A stretch of 64,000 bases of DNA from Candidatus Omnitrophota bacterium (GTDB taxonomy: Bacteria > Omnitrophota > Omnitrophia > Omnitrophales > Aquincolibacteriaceae). This document shows positions 20,774 through 30,587 of the stretch, piece by piece; positions within the stretch are counted from its first letter, which is position 1; each line of letters starts with the position of its first letter. The notes beneath the pieces were generated by a model. That model ran no database searches. It was given only the letters and a program-made list of their open reading frames with translations, and had not been told where the DNA came from. A program made the translations under genes and the position numbers. The DNA lies in NCBI GenBank assembly GCA_016196545.1, contig JACPXM010000020.1:138626-202625 (forward strand). Direction: 5' to 3'.

Positions 20774-22333
20774 TTATCCCTTCGGTTTTCCTTGTTTTAG
20801 AACAATCGAAGCGCCGAAGACCTCTTGAAACATCATCCCCTTTTTCGACAAAACATCGCGCTCCAGAGATATATCTCCAACATCATCGGTAACCCAAAGA
20901 GCGATGCCCTGAGAGGTGCGTTCAAAGGTAAAATTTCTTATTTTCTGCTGATGACTTTTATCCAAGGAATCTGCCACCCTCAAGATGGCCGCAAGTTTGG
21001 AAACAATGGACCGGTCCTGGCGGGGCAGGGACATATAAGCCGTATGAGAAGCCTGAGGGGTACTGCGGCGGTGGTATCGGATGACATTCGAGACAATGTT
21101 CTTATCACTTTTACGAAGCCCGAAGAGCTCCGCGGCGTCCACAAGATAACTGGAATGTTTGTGATGGCTGGTTGGAGAAATGTACATTCCAATGTCATGC
21201 AGATAGGCGGCGACTTCCAGCAAGAGCCGCTCTTTGGAACCCAGTCCGTGGTCTTCCTTTAAAAGATCGAAAAGTTTAACGGCGAGGGAGGCTGTGATGG
21301 CGGCGTGGGGCTCGTCGTAATTATATTTTTTTGCCAGTCTTTTGGCAGAACTGATGACTTGCTTGGAAACATCGGTGCGTTTATAGCCTGAAAGCATTTG
21401 GGCGAGTTCAATCAGAATTCCGTCACGGATGCTGACCATGGGGACAATAATTTTATCGGCAGCGGTTTCACCCAGAAAATAAGCATAGAAAAGAAGGGCG
21501 GGATAAAATGCCTCTGCTTCGGAATAGACCAGGGCATACTTTTCGGCAATTTCCTCGGTCGACATTTTCGCAAGTTGGCCGATGAAATTCAGATATCTTT
21601 TTTGGTCGAACTCAATGTAACCGCTTTCAATCGTTTCGAGCAGCTGGCGGGCGACAAAACGCATGTCAGCTCCCAGGGCGATAAATGTATCGATATCCCC
21701 GAGGCTGCACTCGCGTGCCGTGTTTTGGGCAATTTCATGAATATTGCGCTTGAGATGCTTTTGTATGGCTGAGGAATCCATTTTGGAGGAACCGGAATGC
21801 TCTGGAAGCCGAATCGAACCAATGGAGAGGGTACGGGTAAGCTCCACCTCCCCTTTTTTCATGATAATGATTTCCGTGCTGCCCGAGCCCACCTCCACAA
21901 TCAAACAGTTTTTCTTTGTAAAATCAAAAGATTCGCCCAAACCATGTTCCACGGCGATTAATTCCAGCCGGTTTTCCTCTGCTCCCTCCAAGACTTCGAC
22001 ATCGAGATTCGTGCGGACAAAAACCTGATCAATAAAATTTTCACGGTTTGCAGCGTCCCGCACCGCACTTGTGGCGATGGCATGAATTTTATGAATGGAG
22101 TAGCCGTCAATCAGGGAGCGATAATTTTTTAAAACTTCAATACTTTCACGAATCGTCGTGGCGCTGATACGGCCCGTGGTAAAGACGTCTTTACCGAGAG
22201 GGACCGGTTTTTGAAGGTTTTCGATATAGCGGATTTCCGATTTGGGGCCTATTTCTGCAATCATCATTCGAAGGGCGCTTGAGCCGATGTCGATCACCGC
22301 TGCCATTTGCTTTTGAGGGGTTAGAGTTTCCAT
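20774..22333 (-). CDS. ppx: exopolyphosphatase / GppA family with C-terminal HD domain
   Basis: 519 aa with the Ppx/GppA ASKHA fold start (AVIDIGSSALRMMIAE) and an HD region (YLHDIG). Confidence 0.85.
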   Translation of the reverse strand: METLTPQKQMAAVIDIGSSALRMMIAEIGPKSEIRYIENLQKPVPLGKDVFTTGRISATTIRESIEVLKNYRSLIDGYSIHKIHAIATSAVRDAANRENFIDQVFVRTNLDVEVLEGAEENRLELIAVEHGLGESFDFTKKNCLIVEVGSGSTEIIIMKKGEVELTRTLSIGSIRLPEHSGSSKMDSSAIQKHLKRNIHEIAQNTARECSLGDIDTFIALGADMRFVARQLLETIESGYIEFDQKRYLNFIGQLAKMSTEEIAEKYALVYSEAEAFYPALLFYAYFLGETAADKIIVPMVSIRDGILIELAQMLSGYKRTDVSKQVISSAKRLAKKYNYDEPHAAITASLAVKLFDLLKEDHGLGSKERLLLEVAAYLHDIGMYISPTSHHKHSSYLVDAAELFGLRKSDKNIVSNVIRYHRRSTPQASHTAYMSLPRQDRSIVSKLAAILRVADSLDKSHQQKIRNFTFERTSQGIALWVTDDVGDISLERDVLSKKGMMFQEVFGASIVLKQGKPKG

Positions 22334-22336
22334 AAA

Positions 22337-23311
22337 TTACACTTCATCCCATGCCAGTTTTGCGGCACCCATGAGCACTGCAAAGTCTTGTAATTTTGCT
22401 GCAACCACCTTAACCTCCCGCGCAAGGGGAGTCATGGCATATTTTTTCATCGCAGCCTCCGCTTTTGGAAGGATATATTTTTCCATGGCTTCGAGGACGC
22501 CTCCTCCGAGAACGATTAATTCAGGATTCAAAAGATTGACTGTATGGGCCATGGCCAGACCCAAGAGCTCGGATTTTTGATGAACCATTTCCAGGAGCGC
22601 GTGATCCCCAGAAGCAATGCTTTTCGCCATGGCATTGCTTTTGATTTTGCTAATGTCCGTTCCCACAAGCTGCATCAGTTTCGGAGCTTTTTGTTTGTAA
22701 GCCAATACCGCGGCTTCTGAGGCCAGTGCCAGCCGGCTTGCGATCGCTTCAAGGCAGCCTCGCTTTCCGCAACCACAGAGTGACCCGTGAACATCTAAAA
22801 TCAAATGCCCAATTTCACCCGCGGCTCCGGACGCACCTCGGTAAAGCTTGTGATCCAAAATAAGCCCCCCGCCAATTCCTGTTCCAAGAAATATTCCAAC
22901 GACGGAGGAATACCCTTTTGCGGCTCCGAATTGATGCTCGCCGTATAATCCTGCATTGACATCATTTTCAAGAACCGCCGGGCGATCAAAATGGCTTTCG
23001 ATTTTTTTGCTGAGTGGGAAATGATTTAAAAAAGCCAGATTCGGAGAAGAAACGACAACCCGTCTTTTCTCATCCATGACCCCGGGGCATCCAATGCCTA
23101 TTCCTTGAATTTCGGAGGATTTGACTTTCTCCTCGCTTAAGATTTCTTCTAAGGCATCAAAAATTGTCTTCAGAAAATATTTTTCCCCTTTTGAGGCTTC
23201 GGTTTTTATTTTTTCATAGGAAATTACTCGGAATTTCTTATTGAGAAGGCCGACCATGATTTTGGTTCCGCCCAGATCAATTCCGACAACATATTTTTTC
23301 TTCTTTCTCAC
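22337..23311 (-). CDS. ROK-family sugar kinase (glucokinase; polyphosphate-dependent activity possible but unproven)
   Basis: 324 aa with a GTG start, GIDLGGTKI, ROK signature and Zn motif (CGCGKRGCLEA). It lies 3 nt upstream of ppx. Confidence 0.8.
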   Translation of the reverse strand: MRKKKKYVVGIDLGGTKIMVGLLNKKFRVISYEKIKTEASKGEKYFLKTIFDALEEILSEEKVKSSEIQGIGIGCPGVMDEKRRVVVSSPNLAFLNHFPLSKKIESHFDRPAVLENDVNAGLYGEHQFGAAKGYSSVVGIFLGTGIGGGLILDHKLYRGASGAAGEIGHLILDVHGSLCGCGKRGCLEAIASRLALASEAAVLAYKQKAPKLMQLVGTDISKIKSNAMAKSIASGDHALLEMVHQKSELLGLAMAHTVNLLNPELIVLGGGVLEAMEKYILPKAEAAMKKYAMTPLAREVKVVAAKLQDFAVLMGAAKLAWDEV

Positions 23312-23397
23312 AACTTACTCCTATTAAAGGGGTTAGAGACAGTTCTATGCCTCAAGGTGATGTGGTGCTTCCGCAGATGCTTTCGTGGAGGTGATTT

Positions 23398-23426
23398 AGA
23401 ATAATCCTACCCGTTAGCTCTGTCAA
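23398..23426 (-). promoter_or_regulatory. possible promoter of the ROK-ppx-ppk-sixA operon (TTGACA-17 nt-TATTCT on minus strand)
   Basis: Hexamers read on the reverse complement, about 90 nt upstream of the ROK GTG. Confidence 0.4.
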
Positions 23427-23463
23427 GCATGTTTCAAGGTCCAGTAAACCCCCGTCACCGCTG

Positions 23464-23520
23464 CCTCCCACCCACACAACCCGGTGTGTAAACGCTTTTC
23501 ACACCGCGTGTGGGAGGTGG
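23464..23520. repeat. family-A palindromic repeat, full hairpin
   Basis: CCTCCCACCCACACAACCCGGTGTG and CACACCGCGTGTGGGAGGTGG around the loop TAAACGCTTTT. Confidence 0.75.
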
Positions 23521-23534
23521 TAGGAGTGGAAAAG

Positions 23535-23573
23535 TTACCGGTTCCAGGTTGCGGCCAACAACCTGGAACCGGT
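23535..23573. repeat. family-B-related hairpin (16-bp perfect stem TACCGGTTCCAGGTTG / CAACCTGGAACCGGTA)
   Basis: A perfect stem with a 7-nt loop that shares the CCAGGTT core with the 6887 and 35063 palindromes. It starts 14 nt after the family-A copy. Confidence 0.65.
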
Positions 23574-23704
23574 ATAATCCTCCTATGAAAATTACTCCTA
23601 CTGAAAAATTCTCAAAGGGGAAGCTGCTTAAGTTTAGTTTCTCACGCAAGTTTGAAAAGAGAATTCACGGGGAGCGTTTGCTGCGAAAAAAAAAGTATTT
23701 CCGA

Positions 23705-24238
23705 ATGGCTACTTCCGGGCTCTTCGCTAAATTTTCTTGTTTGGTTTTGTTTACTTTTACCGCTCTATTTCCTGTCTACGGCGACACGGCCAAGATTCCC
23801 GATTATGAGGTCTCCCTTGAAGTGACCCCTCTCAAGATTGTCCCGATTGAGGAGGGTTCCCTAGCGGACGCCATTCAGGGAGGGCCGGAGGACTTTGCGA
23901 AAATAAAGAAAATCATTCATTTCAAGATTCATAAAGTGCTAAAGGGAACGCTCAAACCCTTCGTGATCGAACCTCCTTCCAAAATCAATCAAATGAAAGA
24001 TGCCGCAGGCAAAAAGGAATTTCACCGAATTTTAACTTCTGATTATGATTCAACACCCACCGAGATTGAGCGGCAGAGATTTCGCGTGGCCGTCGAGGAC
24101 CCCCAAGTTTCTTTGGGACTGAATCCTTATGATTTTTCAGAAGAGGAACGCTACCGGCTCTACTTGAAGCGTCGTCAAAAAGGTGAGGAATCCTTTTTTC
24201 TTGTGTACTGCGAAAAGCTTGTTTCGAGTGATACGTGA
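23705..24238 (+). CDS. secreted hypothetical protein
   Basis: An internal Met at 23705 gives a signal-peptide-like start (MATSGLFAKFSCLVLFTFTALFPVYG). The track start 23510 would read through the repeat elements. Confidence 0.5.
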   Translation: MATSGLFAKFSCLVLFTFTALFPVYGDTAKIPDYEVSLEVTPLKIVPIEEGSLADAIQGGPEDFAKIKKIIHFKIHKVLKGTLKPFVIEPPSKINQMKDAAGKKEFHRILTSDYDSTPTEIERQRFRVAVEDPQVSLGLNPYDFSEEERYRLYLKRRQKGEESFFLVYCEKLVSSDT

Positions 24239-24248
24239 AAGAACGCTG

Positions 24249-24908
24249 TTAGGATTCGCTATGATGGCGGACTTCTTTGCCGAGCTTGAGGTAGATGATA
24301 TTTTCTGCAATATTGTTGGTAAGGTCCGCAATCCGTTCCAGATTATGCGCGACCATAATGAGATTCATACAAACTCGCACATATTCAGGTTTTTTCTCCA
24401 TAAGCTCTTCAAAATCAAAGAAAAGGGAATCGTTTAAGGAATCGATTTCATCATCGCGTTCTAAAAGGGCCTGCGCGGTTTGGGGATCTTCCGAAGAAAA
24501 GGATTGCAGGGCATCGGAAAACATTTTTGCCGTAAGCGTTGCCATCGCAGGCAGATCGCTCTTACTTTCAAGCGGAGGCTCTTCCATAATCAACAATACT
24601 CTCTCGGCAATATTGACGCAGTGGTCTCCGATTCTTTCAAGGTCCGTATTGATTTTAAGAAGCGAAGTGATCAGCCTTAAATCTTGAGCGACAGGCTGGC
24701 CCAGCGCTGAAAGGTTGTGTCCCTTTCGATCGATTTCGATTTCCATTTGATTAAGGATTGCATCTTCATCGACAACCGCTTGCGCGAGATTCGCATTGCG
24801 GTCAAAAAGCGAAGCCAGTGATTTTTGCAAGGCCGTTTGTACCTGCTGGCCCATTTGATAAGCCGATTGTTTGAGCTCTTTGAGTTCGGTATGGAAGTGA
24901 CGTTCCAC
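24249..24908 (-). CDS. phoU: phosphate signaling regulator PhoU
   Basis: 219 aa with duplicated PhoU repeats and D..ID / ERIGD motifs, downstream of pstB. Confidence 0.9.
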   Translation of the reverse strand: MERHFHTELKELKQSAYQMGQQVQTALQKSLASLFDRNANLAQAVVDEDAILNQMEIEIDRKGHNLSALGQPVAQDLRLITSLLKINTDLERIGDHCVNIAERVLLIMEEPPLESKSDLPAMATLTAKMFSDALQSFSSEDPQTAQALLERDDEIDSLNDSLFFDFEELMEKKPEYVRVCMNLIMVAHNLERIADLTNNIAENIIYLKLGKEVRHHSES

Positions 24909-24938
24909 AGGTACCTTTCTTATCCTCGGGGGTTAAGG

Positions 24939-25817
24939 TTACCCAAATCTTCCGGTAATATAATCTTCGGTTTCTTTTTTGTCCGGCGCCGTGAATATTT
25001 TTTTGGTCTCCCCGTATTCCACGAGTGAGCCCATATAAAAATAGGCTGTCCAATCACTCACCCGGGCGGCCTGCTGCATGTTGTGGGTGACAATCACAAT
25101 GGTGTAATCCCGCTTTAAGACATGAATGAGCTCTTCGATTTTAGCGGTAGAAATTGGGTCGAGGGCGGAGGCAGGTTCATCCATCAGTACAATTTCGGGA
25201 TTCACAGCAAGCGCTCGGGCGATGCAAAGCCGCTGCTGCTGGCCACCCGACAAGGCCATTGCGGATTCATGCAACCGGTCTTTGACTTCCTCCCATAGCG
25301 CGGATTTGATCAGGCTTTCTTCCACCCGTTCCTGCAGGTTATTGGAATCCTTGATCCCGTGAACCCGGAGCCCATAGGCGACATTATCAAAGATGCTTTT
25401 GGGGAAGGGGTTTGATTTTTGAAATACCATGCCCACGAGCCGGCGCAAGGCTACGACATTAATATTTGGCGCAAAAATGTTGACGCCATCAATCATGACC
25501 GTACCCTCAGCCCGGGCTCCCGAAATCGTATCATTCATGCGATTAAGGGTTCTCAAAAATGTCGATTTTCCGCATCCCGAAGGACCGATTAAAGCGGTCA
25601 CCCTTTGAGGCTTAATTTGAATTTCAATCTGCTTTAAAGCCTGGGTGGTATGGTAATACACATTCAAATTCTGGACATTGATTTTAGGAAGCAAATCCGT
25701 CTGATGGGTCACAAGAGGCTCTTTCTCTTTGACAATTTTTTTCAGAGAAGGGCTCACCCTCTCTTCAAGCATTTCAACATTGTTTTGCTCGTCCATAAGT
25801 ATCCTCACTTGGGTCAT
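24939..25817 (-). CDS. pstB: phosphate ABC transporter ATP-binding protein PstB
   Basis: [23 protein letters not shown] and a C-terminal YITGRFG. The ORF carries ~40 aa of N-terminal extension, so the true start may be internal. Confidence 0.9.
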   Translation of the reverse strand: MTQVRILMDEQNNVEMLEERVSPSLKKIVKEKEPLVTHQTDLLPKINVQNLNVYYHTTQALKQIEIQIKPQRVTALIGPSGCGKSTFLRTLNRMNDTISGARAEGTVMIDGVNIFAPNINVVALRRLVGMVFQKSNPFPKSIFDNVAYGLRVHGIKDSNNLQERVEESLIKSALWEEVKDRLHESAMALSGGQQQRLCIARALAVNPEIVLMDEPASALDPISTAKIEELIHVLKRDYTIVIVTHNMQQAARVSDWTAYFYMGSLVEYGETKKIFTAPDKKETEDYITGRFG

Positions 25818-25911
25818 GAAATCAATATTTATTTGATGAATTCGTCTTGCCAGAAGGAAAGGGAGGCCATCCCTCCGGCAAGGTCTCCCGAACCTTCATG
25901 GGAGAGGTATT

Positions 25912-25942
25912 GACAGGTGTCCTGATCAAATCGACACCTGTC
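25912..25942 (-). promoter_or_regulatory. 10-bp perfect hairpin spanning the pstA stop codon
   Basis: GACAGGTGTC (25912-25921) pairs with GACACCTGTC (25933-25942). It lies in the 108-nt pstA-pstB gap. Confidence 0.4.
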
Positions 25943-26903
25943 CAAGCTTCTTTCGAAAGTAAATCCTGAAGACAATGGCAGTAAGATTGAGCAAAAAGGT
26001 CAAAGTAATCAAAACAAGGGTTGTTGCATATTGAATGGGTAAGGTTTTGGCAGCATCTGTCGATTGGGTTGCCATAATAAAAATGTGATAAGAAAGCTCC
26101 ATGAACTGGTCCAACGGATTGATCATGGGAATTACGCCAAATAGATTTACGACCGGAAGCCTGGGCAGGAAATAAGCGCATCCGGTAAAAAGAATTGGGG
26201 CCGTTTCCCCGGCGCCACGGCTAATGGCAAGAATGGCTCCCGTCAAAATCCCTCCACGGGCCTGCGGAAGTACCACATCGCGTATGGTTTGCCATTTCGT
26301 AGCGCCGAGGGCAAGGGAGGCCGCCCTGTGGCTTTGGGGGACTGCGTTTAAAGCTTCTTCGGTTGAAACAATAATCACAGGAAGCACTAAAACAGCGAGC
26401 GTCGCAGCGGCCCAGAGCATGCAGGGCTGGCCAAAAAGAAGCCCGGATTTAAGGACGCCGTCGATATTGCGGCCCATGAAGAGAATAAAAAATCCAACAC
26501 CGAACAATCCAAAAATAATAGACGGTACGCCCGCCAAATTATTGACAGCTGCGCGAATGATGCGGAAAAAAGGGCCCTGACCGGCGTATTCCGTTAGATA
26601 AATGGCAGCGGCTACGCCCAGGGGGAGGGCCATTAAAATCATTAAAATTGTAATGGAGAGGGTTCCGAAAATGCAGGGGAAAATACCGCCATGAGTCATG
26701 CCGTCAACGGGCGGCTGAGTTAAAAATTCCCAGCTCAGGGTAGGGAAGCCGAGCTGGAATATTTTTGTCATAATGTAAAGAAGCGAAAAAAAGGGAATCA
26801 GAATAAAAAGCCGGACAAGGACTTCGAGACAAGCCTCCAGAAGGTTAAAGGGTTTCACGCTGAGATTTTGAAGGGGATAAGACACAGACGAGGAGGGGGT
26901 CAT
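25926..26903 (-). CDS. pstA: phosphate ABC transporter permease PstA
   Basis: 325 aa multi-TM protein with the BPD-transporter EAA-like loop (ALGATKWQTIRDVVLPQA). Confidence 0.9.
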   Translation of the reverse strand: MTPSSSVSYPLQNLSVKPFNLLEACLEVLVRLFILIPFFSLLYIMTKIFQLGFPTLSWEFLTQPPVDGMTHGGIFPCIFGTLSITILMILMALPLGVAAAIYLTEYAGQGPFFRIIRAAVNNLAGVPSIIFGLFGVGFFILFMGRNIDGVLKSGLLFGQPCMLWAAATLAVLVLPVIIVSTEEALNAVPQSHRAASLALGATKWQTIRDVVLPQARGGILTGAILAISRGAGETAPILFTGCAYFLPRLPVVNLFGVIPMINPLDQFMELSYHIFIMATQSTDAAKTLPIQYATTLVLITLTFLLNLTAIVFRIYFRKKLGQVSI

Positions 26904-26905
26904 TC

Positions 26906-27862
26906 TTACATTCTCAGCTTCCTGCGCATGCCGCTTAGGATGATTTCAGAGAAAATATTTAAAATAAAAGTAAAAGCAAAAAGAACCGATCCAACAACAA
27001 AGAGGGCGTAATAATGCTCGCTCCCTTGGGCAACCGCACCCAGTTCCGCCGCAATGTTGGCCGTCATGGTGCGGACACTTGAAAAGATATTGAGGGTAAT
27101 GAGAGCGGCATTGCCAGTGGCCATGACGACAATCATGGTTTCCCCCAAGGCGCGGCCAAATCCCAGAATCACGGCTGCCGAAATTCCTGAAATCGCGGCC
27201 GGAAGCACTGTTCCGAAAATAGTTTGCCATTTGGTGGCCCCCAGCGCGTAAGAAGCATCGCGGAGCTCTTTGGGCACAGCGCGAAGGGCATCTTCGGAAA
27301 TCGTAATAATGATTGGCAGGACGCAAAGCGCAGTTCCCAGAGAGCCGACAAAGGCATTGAGCCGGAATTTGGTGCCGAGAAGGTTCTGGACCACCGTTGC
27401 GACCACGGCCAGCATAAAAAATCCTAAGACTACGGACGGAATTCCCGCAAGAAGCTCCAGCGTGGGTTTGAGGGTTTCCCTTGTTTTATTAGATGCAATT
27501 TCCGAAAGATAAATCGCGCAGCCAATTCCAATGACCGCAGAAATAAGGGTGGCGGGAAAGGCCACAAGGAAACTTCCGCAAATTAAAGGAACCAGGGAAT
27601 ATTTGGGAATTTTCGAGACGGCCTGCCACATCATGTTGAAGATATTTTTTGATGCCCATTCGTCATAAACCCATTTTCCGATGAGGTCAAAAGGGGATGC
27701 GGTTTGAAAAAAGAAAACTGCTTCCTTGAAAAGGAAAATAAAAATAAGGCCAATTAAAACGACGGAAGAAATTCCCGCGAGCAAAAGAATCTTTTCAATC
27801 GCTCTCTCGGAGAGTCGTATATTTTTTTGTGTAAGGGACTGTTTTGTGGGCATAAACCCCAA
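26906..27862 (-). CDS. pstC: phosphate ABC transporter permease PstC
   Basis: 318 aa multi-TM protein (ALGATKWQTIFGTVLPAA), located between pstS and pstA. Confidence 0.9.
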   Translation of the reverse strand: MGFMPTKQSLTQKNIRLSERAIEKILLLAGISSVVLIGLIFIFLFKEAVFFFQTASPFDLIGKWVYDEWASKNIFNMMWQAVSKIPKYSLVPLICGSFLVAFPATLISAVIGIGCAIYLSEIASNKTRETLKPTLELLAGIPSVVLGFFMLAVVATVVQNLLGTKFRLNAFVGSLGTALCVLPIIITISEDALRAVPKELRDASYALGATKWQTIFGTVLPAAISGISAAVILGFGRALGETMIVVMATGNAALITLNIFSSVRTMTANIAAELGAVAQGSEHYYALFVVGSVLFAFTFILNIFSEIILSGMRRKLRM

Positions 27863-27863
27863 A

Positions 27864-27918
27864 AATCTAAGCGTATCAGTCTCCTTTTTTGAAAAAAAGA
27901 GACTGATACTTTTAGATT
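27864..27918. terminator. long hairpin between pstS and pstC (arms AATCTAAGCGTATCAGTCTC / GAGACTGATACTTTTAGATT around CTTTTTTGAAAAAAA)
   Basis: The inner 10 bp are perfect and the outer part has mismatches. The T6-G-A7 centre matches the family-B palindromes. Confidence 0.5.
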
Positions 27919-27926
27919 GGTTCGTT

Positions 27927-28793
27927 TTATTTTACAGGGACATAACCGACTTCTTCGACAACTTTCTGGCCTTCCTCTGAGAGAATCCAATCAATGTAGC
28001 CTTTGATTTCTCCCGTAGGTTTAAAGCTCGTATACATATAGAGGTAGCGGGCAATCGGATAGCGGCCTGTCCAAGCGGCTTCATAATCCAGAGTGCCGTC
28101 GGCTTTTACGGGATTGAACGCTTCTGAACTTTCATCCTTCTTGACGGAAATAATTTTCAAGTTTGGCTGATTCAGAAAATAAGCGGCGCCCCCATAGCCA
28201 ATTCCCGCCGCGTCTTTGCTGACGGCATTAGCCACCGCACTTGTGCCCGGCATGGTTTGACAATCCGCCGCATAATCGGCATCATTTAAAACGTGTTCTT
28301 TAAAGAACACATAGGTTCCGCTATTAGATTCGCGGCAGTAGCGAAGAATCGGTCCAGGATTGCCGCCGATTTCGCTCCAATCGTTAATTTTGCCCATGTA
28401 AATTCCGGCAATTTGCTTCATGGAAAGCTCACTCAAGGGATTATCTTTATGCACGACAACGGCAAGGGAGTCCATGGCCGCCTTGATTTCTTCGGGATAA
28501 TACCCTGCTTGTTTTGCTTTGTCGATTTCTTTGTCTTTGATGGGACGGCTGGCATTGGCGATATCAGTGGTGCCGTTAATTAACGCTGCGATTCCAGTAC
28601 CCGAACCGCCGCCTGTCACTTGAATTGTCACTTCCGGATTGGATTGCATGTAACGCTCCGCCCACCTTTGGCCTAGAATCACAATGGTGTCGGAACCTTT
28701 GACGGTGATATTTTTTGCAGCAAAAGCGGAAGGGGATAGCGTCAAGATTGTTGCCGCTAACCCTAAGATCATCTTCTTGATTTTCATGGTCAT
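27927..28793 (-). CDS. pstS: phosphate-binding periplasmic protein PstS
   Basis: 288 aa with a signal peptide and the PBP motifs GSDTIV and GGGSGTGIAAL. Confidence 0.9.
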   Translation of the reverse strand: MTMKIKKMILGLAATILTLSPSAFAAKNITVKGSDTIVILGQRWAERYMQSNPEVTIQVTGGGSGTGIAALINGTTDIANASRPIKDKEIDKAKQAGYYPEEIKAAMDSLAVVVHKDNPLSELSMKQIAGIYMGKINDWSEIGGNPGPILRYCRESNSGTYVFFKEHVLNDADYAADCQTMPGTSAVANAVSKDAAGIGYGGAAYFLNQPNLKIISVKKDESSEAFNPVKADGTLDYEAAWTGRYPIARYLYMYTSFKPTGEIKGYIDWILSEEGQKVVEEVGYVPVK

Positions 28794-28809
28794 CTCCTTA
28801 AGTTAGTCT

Positions 28810-30285
28810 TTAAAACTTCCAGCCTAAATCGAGCTGAAATCGGCGTTGCTCCTCATCCATGGAACGGGGTGCAGGCCCTGTTCCGGTATTGAGATTGTTG
28901 ACGAAAAAGGCTGCGCTATTAAGCGTCAGATTGTCAGTCAAGGCGTAGCCCACCTTGATCACACTGCCGCGATTGGCAGCATGAGCGTTCGTTCCAAAAT
29001 CGCTGTCATTGAAAGCGCCAACCACAGAATTGGCAGCAATGCGCTTATAGGCGTAACTGAGTTCCCAATCGCCCTTCTTTTGGATTCCACCAACTTTGGT
29101 TCCAAAAGACCAAGCGGCATCCTCTTCGGTCCCGATACCGCGAAGCGTATTGGATTGATTGTCATTGTCGGCATTGAGTGCCCAATCAAAGAAAAATCGG
29201 GTGGGAAGTCCCATCGGGTAAACGGCAACTTCATTGTAAAGCTCAATGACCTCAAAGTCGCCTGCGTCCAAATCAATGGCGGGACCGATGACATTGGAAT
29301 TACCCCGGGCAAGACTGGCGCCGTTTAAAAGGAAATTGCTGGATTCCGCAAAATTACGGTAGCTGTACCATGAAAATGCGGAATGAAAATCAACGGGTCT
29401 TTCAAAGAGGGGGGTGTAAACAACGGGATTAATTCCTATTTGGTGCGCGAAAAGTTCTGCATCTCCGTGAGGTGCGCCGTCCTCATCCAACACAAATTGT
29501 CCGAGGGTGAGATAACCCGTCATATCCAAATTGGAACCATCGATCAAATTTAAATCGAATTTTTCCGAAAGACCTTCGGGTTTGACATCCCGGTCCCAAA
29601 CCAAGTCTGAGGATCCCTTTTCGAAAGGGTTATCCATTTTTCCACCCTTCAGGGTGAGTTTATCGATAATCCCTTTTGCGGCCCATTTCGGGGTGTATTG
29701 GGCAAAGGCCTTTTCGATAAAAATATCTTTGAAATTGAAATTGTTATCAAAGGTTGTGTTGGTCGAGGTAGGATCCACATTGCCGCCGAAACTCGTGTTG
29801 TTATAAGCACGTTCTCCTGAGGCCATGGAGAATCCGATCTTCATTTCTTTGCCCATTCCTTTTTCAAAACCATAACGGAGCCGGTAGCGGAAACGGTTTC
29901 GGTCGGCGGTATCCGCGGGATTTCCCGTGTGATTATCGAAAGCCTCATAGCGCAATCTCAAATCCCCTTTAAAACTCAAATTTTTAAGCCATTTATTCGC
30001 ACCGCCCAAGGCGCCGCCCAACCGTTCATTAAATTCAAAATCCGTCATTGGGGCTGCGGCACCTTCTGTGGAAGTGGGAGTGAGCTGAGGGGATGAGTTT
30101 GTTTGAAGCAGCTCAATTTTGTCATTTTGCATGTCAATGGTGCGCTGCATGGATTGCATTTGTTTTTGAAGGCCCTGAACCAACGATCTCATTTCCGCCA
30201 TCGGGTCGACGTCGGCCTGTACCCTCGAGGAAGTCCAGAAAGCAGTTAGTACTACTACCATTGCGAGTTTTGTGGCTTTCATCAT
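28810..30285 (-). CDS. outer-membrane porin, likely phosphate-selective (OprO/P-like) by context
   Basis: 491 aa with a signal peptide, an N-terminal coiled coil, aromatic-rich beta-strand-type sequence and a C-terminal ...GWKF. It ends 16 nt upstream of pstS. Confidence 0.6.
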   Translation of the reverse strand: MMKATKLAMVVVLTAFWTSSRVQADVDPMAEMRSLVQGLQKQMQSMQRTIDMQNDKIELLQTNSSPQLTPTSTEGAAAPMTDFEFNERLGGALGGANKWLKNLSFKGDLRLRYEAFDNHTGNPADTADRNRFRYRLRYGFEKGMGKEMKIGFSMASGERAYNNTSFGGNVDPTSTNTTFDNNFNFKDIFIEKAFAQYTPKWAAKGIIDKLTLKGGKMDNPFEKGSSDLVWDRDVKPEGLSEKFDLNLIDGSNLDMTGYLTLGQFVLDEDGAPHGDAELFAHQIGINPVVYTPLFERPVDFHSAFSWYSYRNFAESSNFLLNGASLARGNSNVIGPAIDLDAGDFEVIELYNEVAVYPMGLPTRFFFDWALNADNDNQSNTLRGIGTEEDAAWSFGTKVGGIQKKGDWELSYAYKRIAANSVVGAFNDSDFGTNAHAANRGSVIKVGYALTDNLTLNSAAFFVNNLNTGTGPAPRSMDEEQRRFQLDLGWKF

Positions 30286-30353
30286 TAAGTCTCCCTTGAT
30301 TTTTTAGGGTTTTTTATGGGTTGTATCGTAAACACGATTAAGGATGATAGGAA

Positions 30354-30587
30354 TCATGTGTCAATAGTATTTGAGGTATTTGTAAAGTCTGTGTAAAGAA
30401 AAGTCTGATAATCCGCCTTGATTTTTCGAAGACGGTTCAGGTTTCGGATAAGTTGGCGACTTGTACGCTCATAATGGAAAAAATCGGGGGAGTCAAGACA
30501 GGGGGTTTTCTCCAAGGACAAGATGAGTTCGTCAATGATTTGCCGCTGGCGTCTTAGGCCGGAAATCATCAGTTTGCGTTCGAACAT
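30354..30587 (-). CDS. small hypothetical protein (77 aa)
   Basis: An internal Met is preceded by a strong SD (GAAGGAGGGGTTATG on the minus strand). The longer track ORF (to 30716) would read through a structured region. Confidence 0.35.
   Translation of the reverse strand: MFERKLMISGLRRQRQIIDELILSLEKTPCLDSPDFFHYERTSRQLIRNLNRLRKIKADYQTFLYTDFTNTSNTIDT
30381..30398 (-). promoter_or_regulatory. Pho-box-like direct repeat CTTTACA-CAGA-CTTTACA
   Basis: Two identical 7-mers with 11-bp periodicity, as in PhoB boxes. They lie ~96 nt upstream of the porin ATG. A TACTAT -10 candidate lies 11 nt downstream. Confidence 0.55.

Noticed and set aside
23510-23704. The N-terminal extension of track ORF 23510-24238 (MGGGRSGKVTGSRLRP...).
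   Set aside because: It reads through the family-A and family-B palindromes. The internal Met at 23705 gives a signal peptide.
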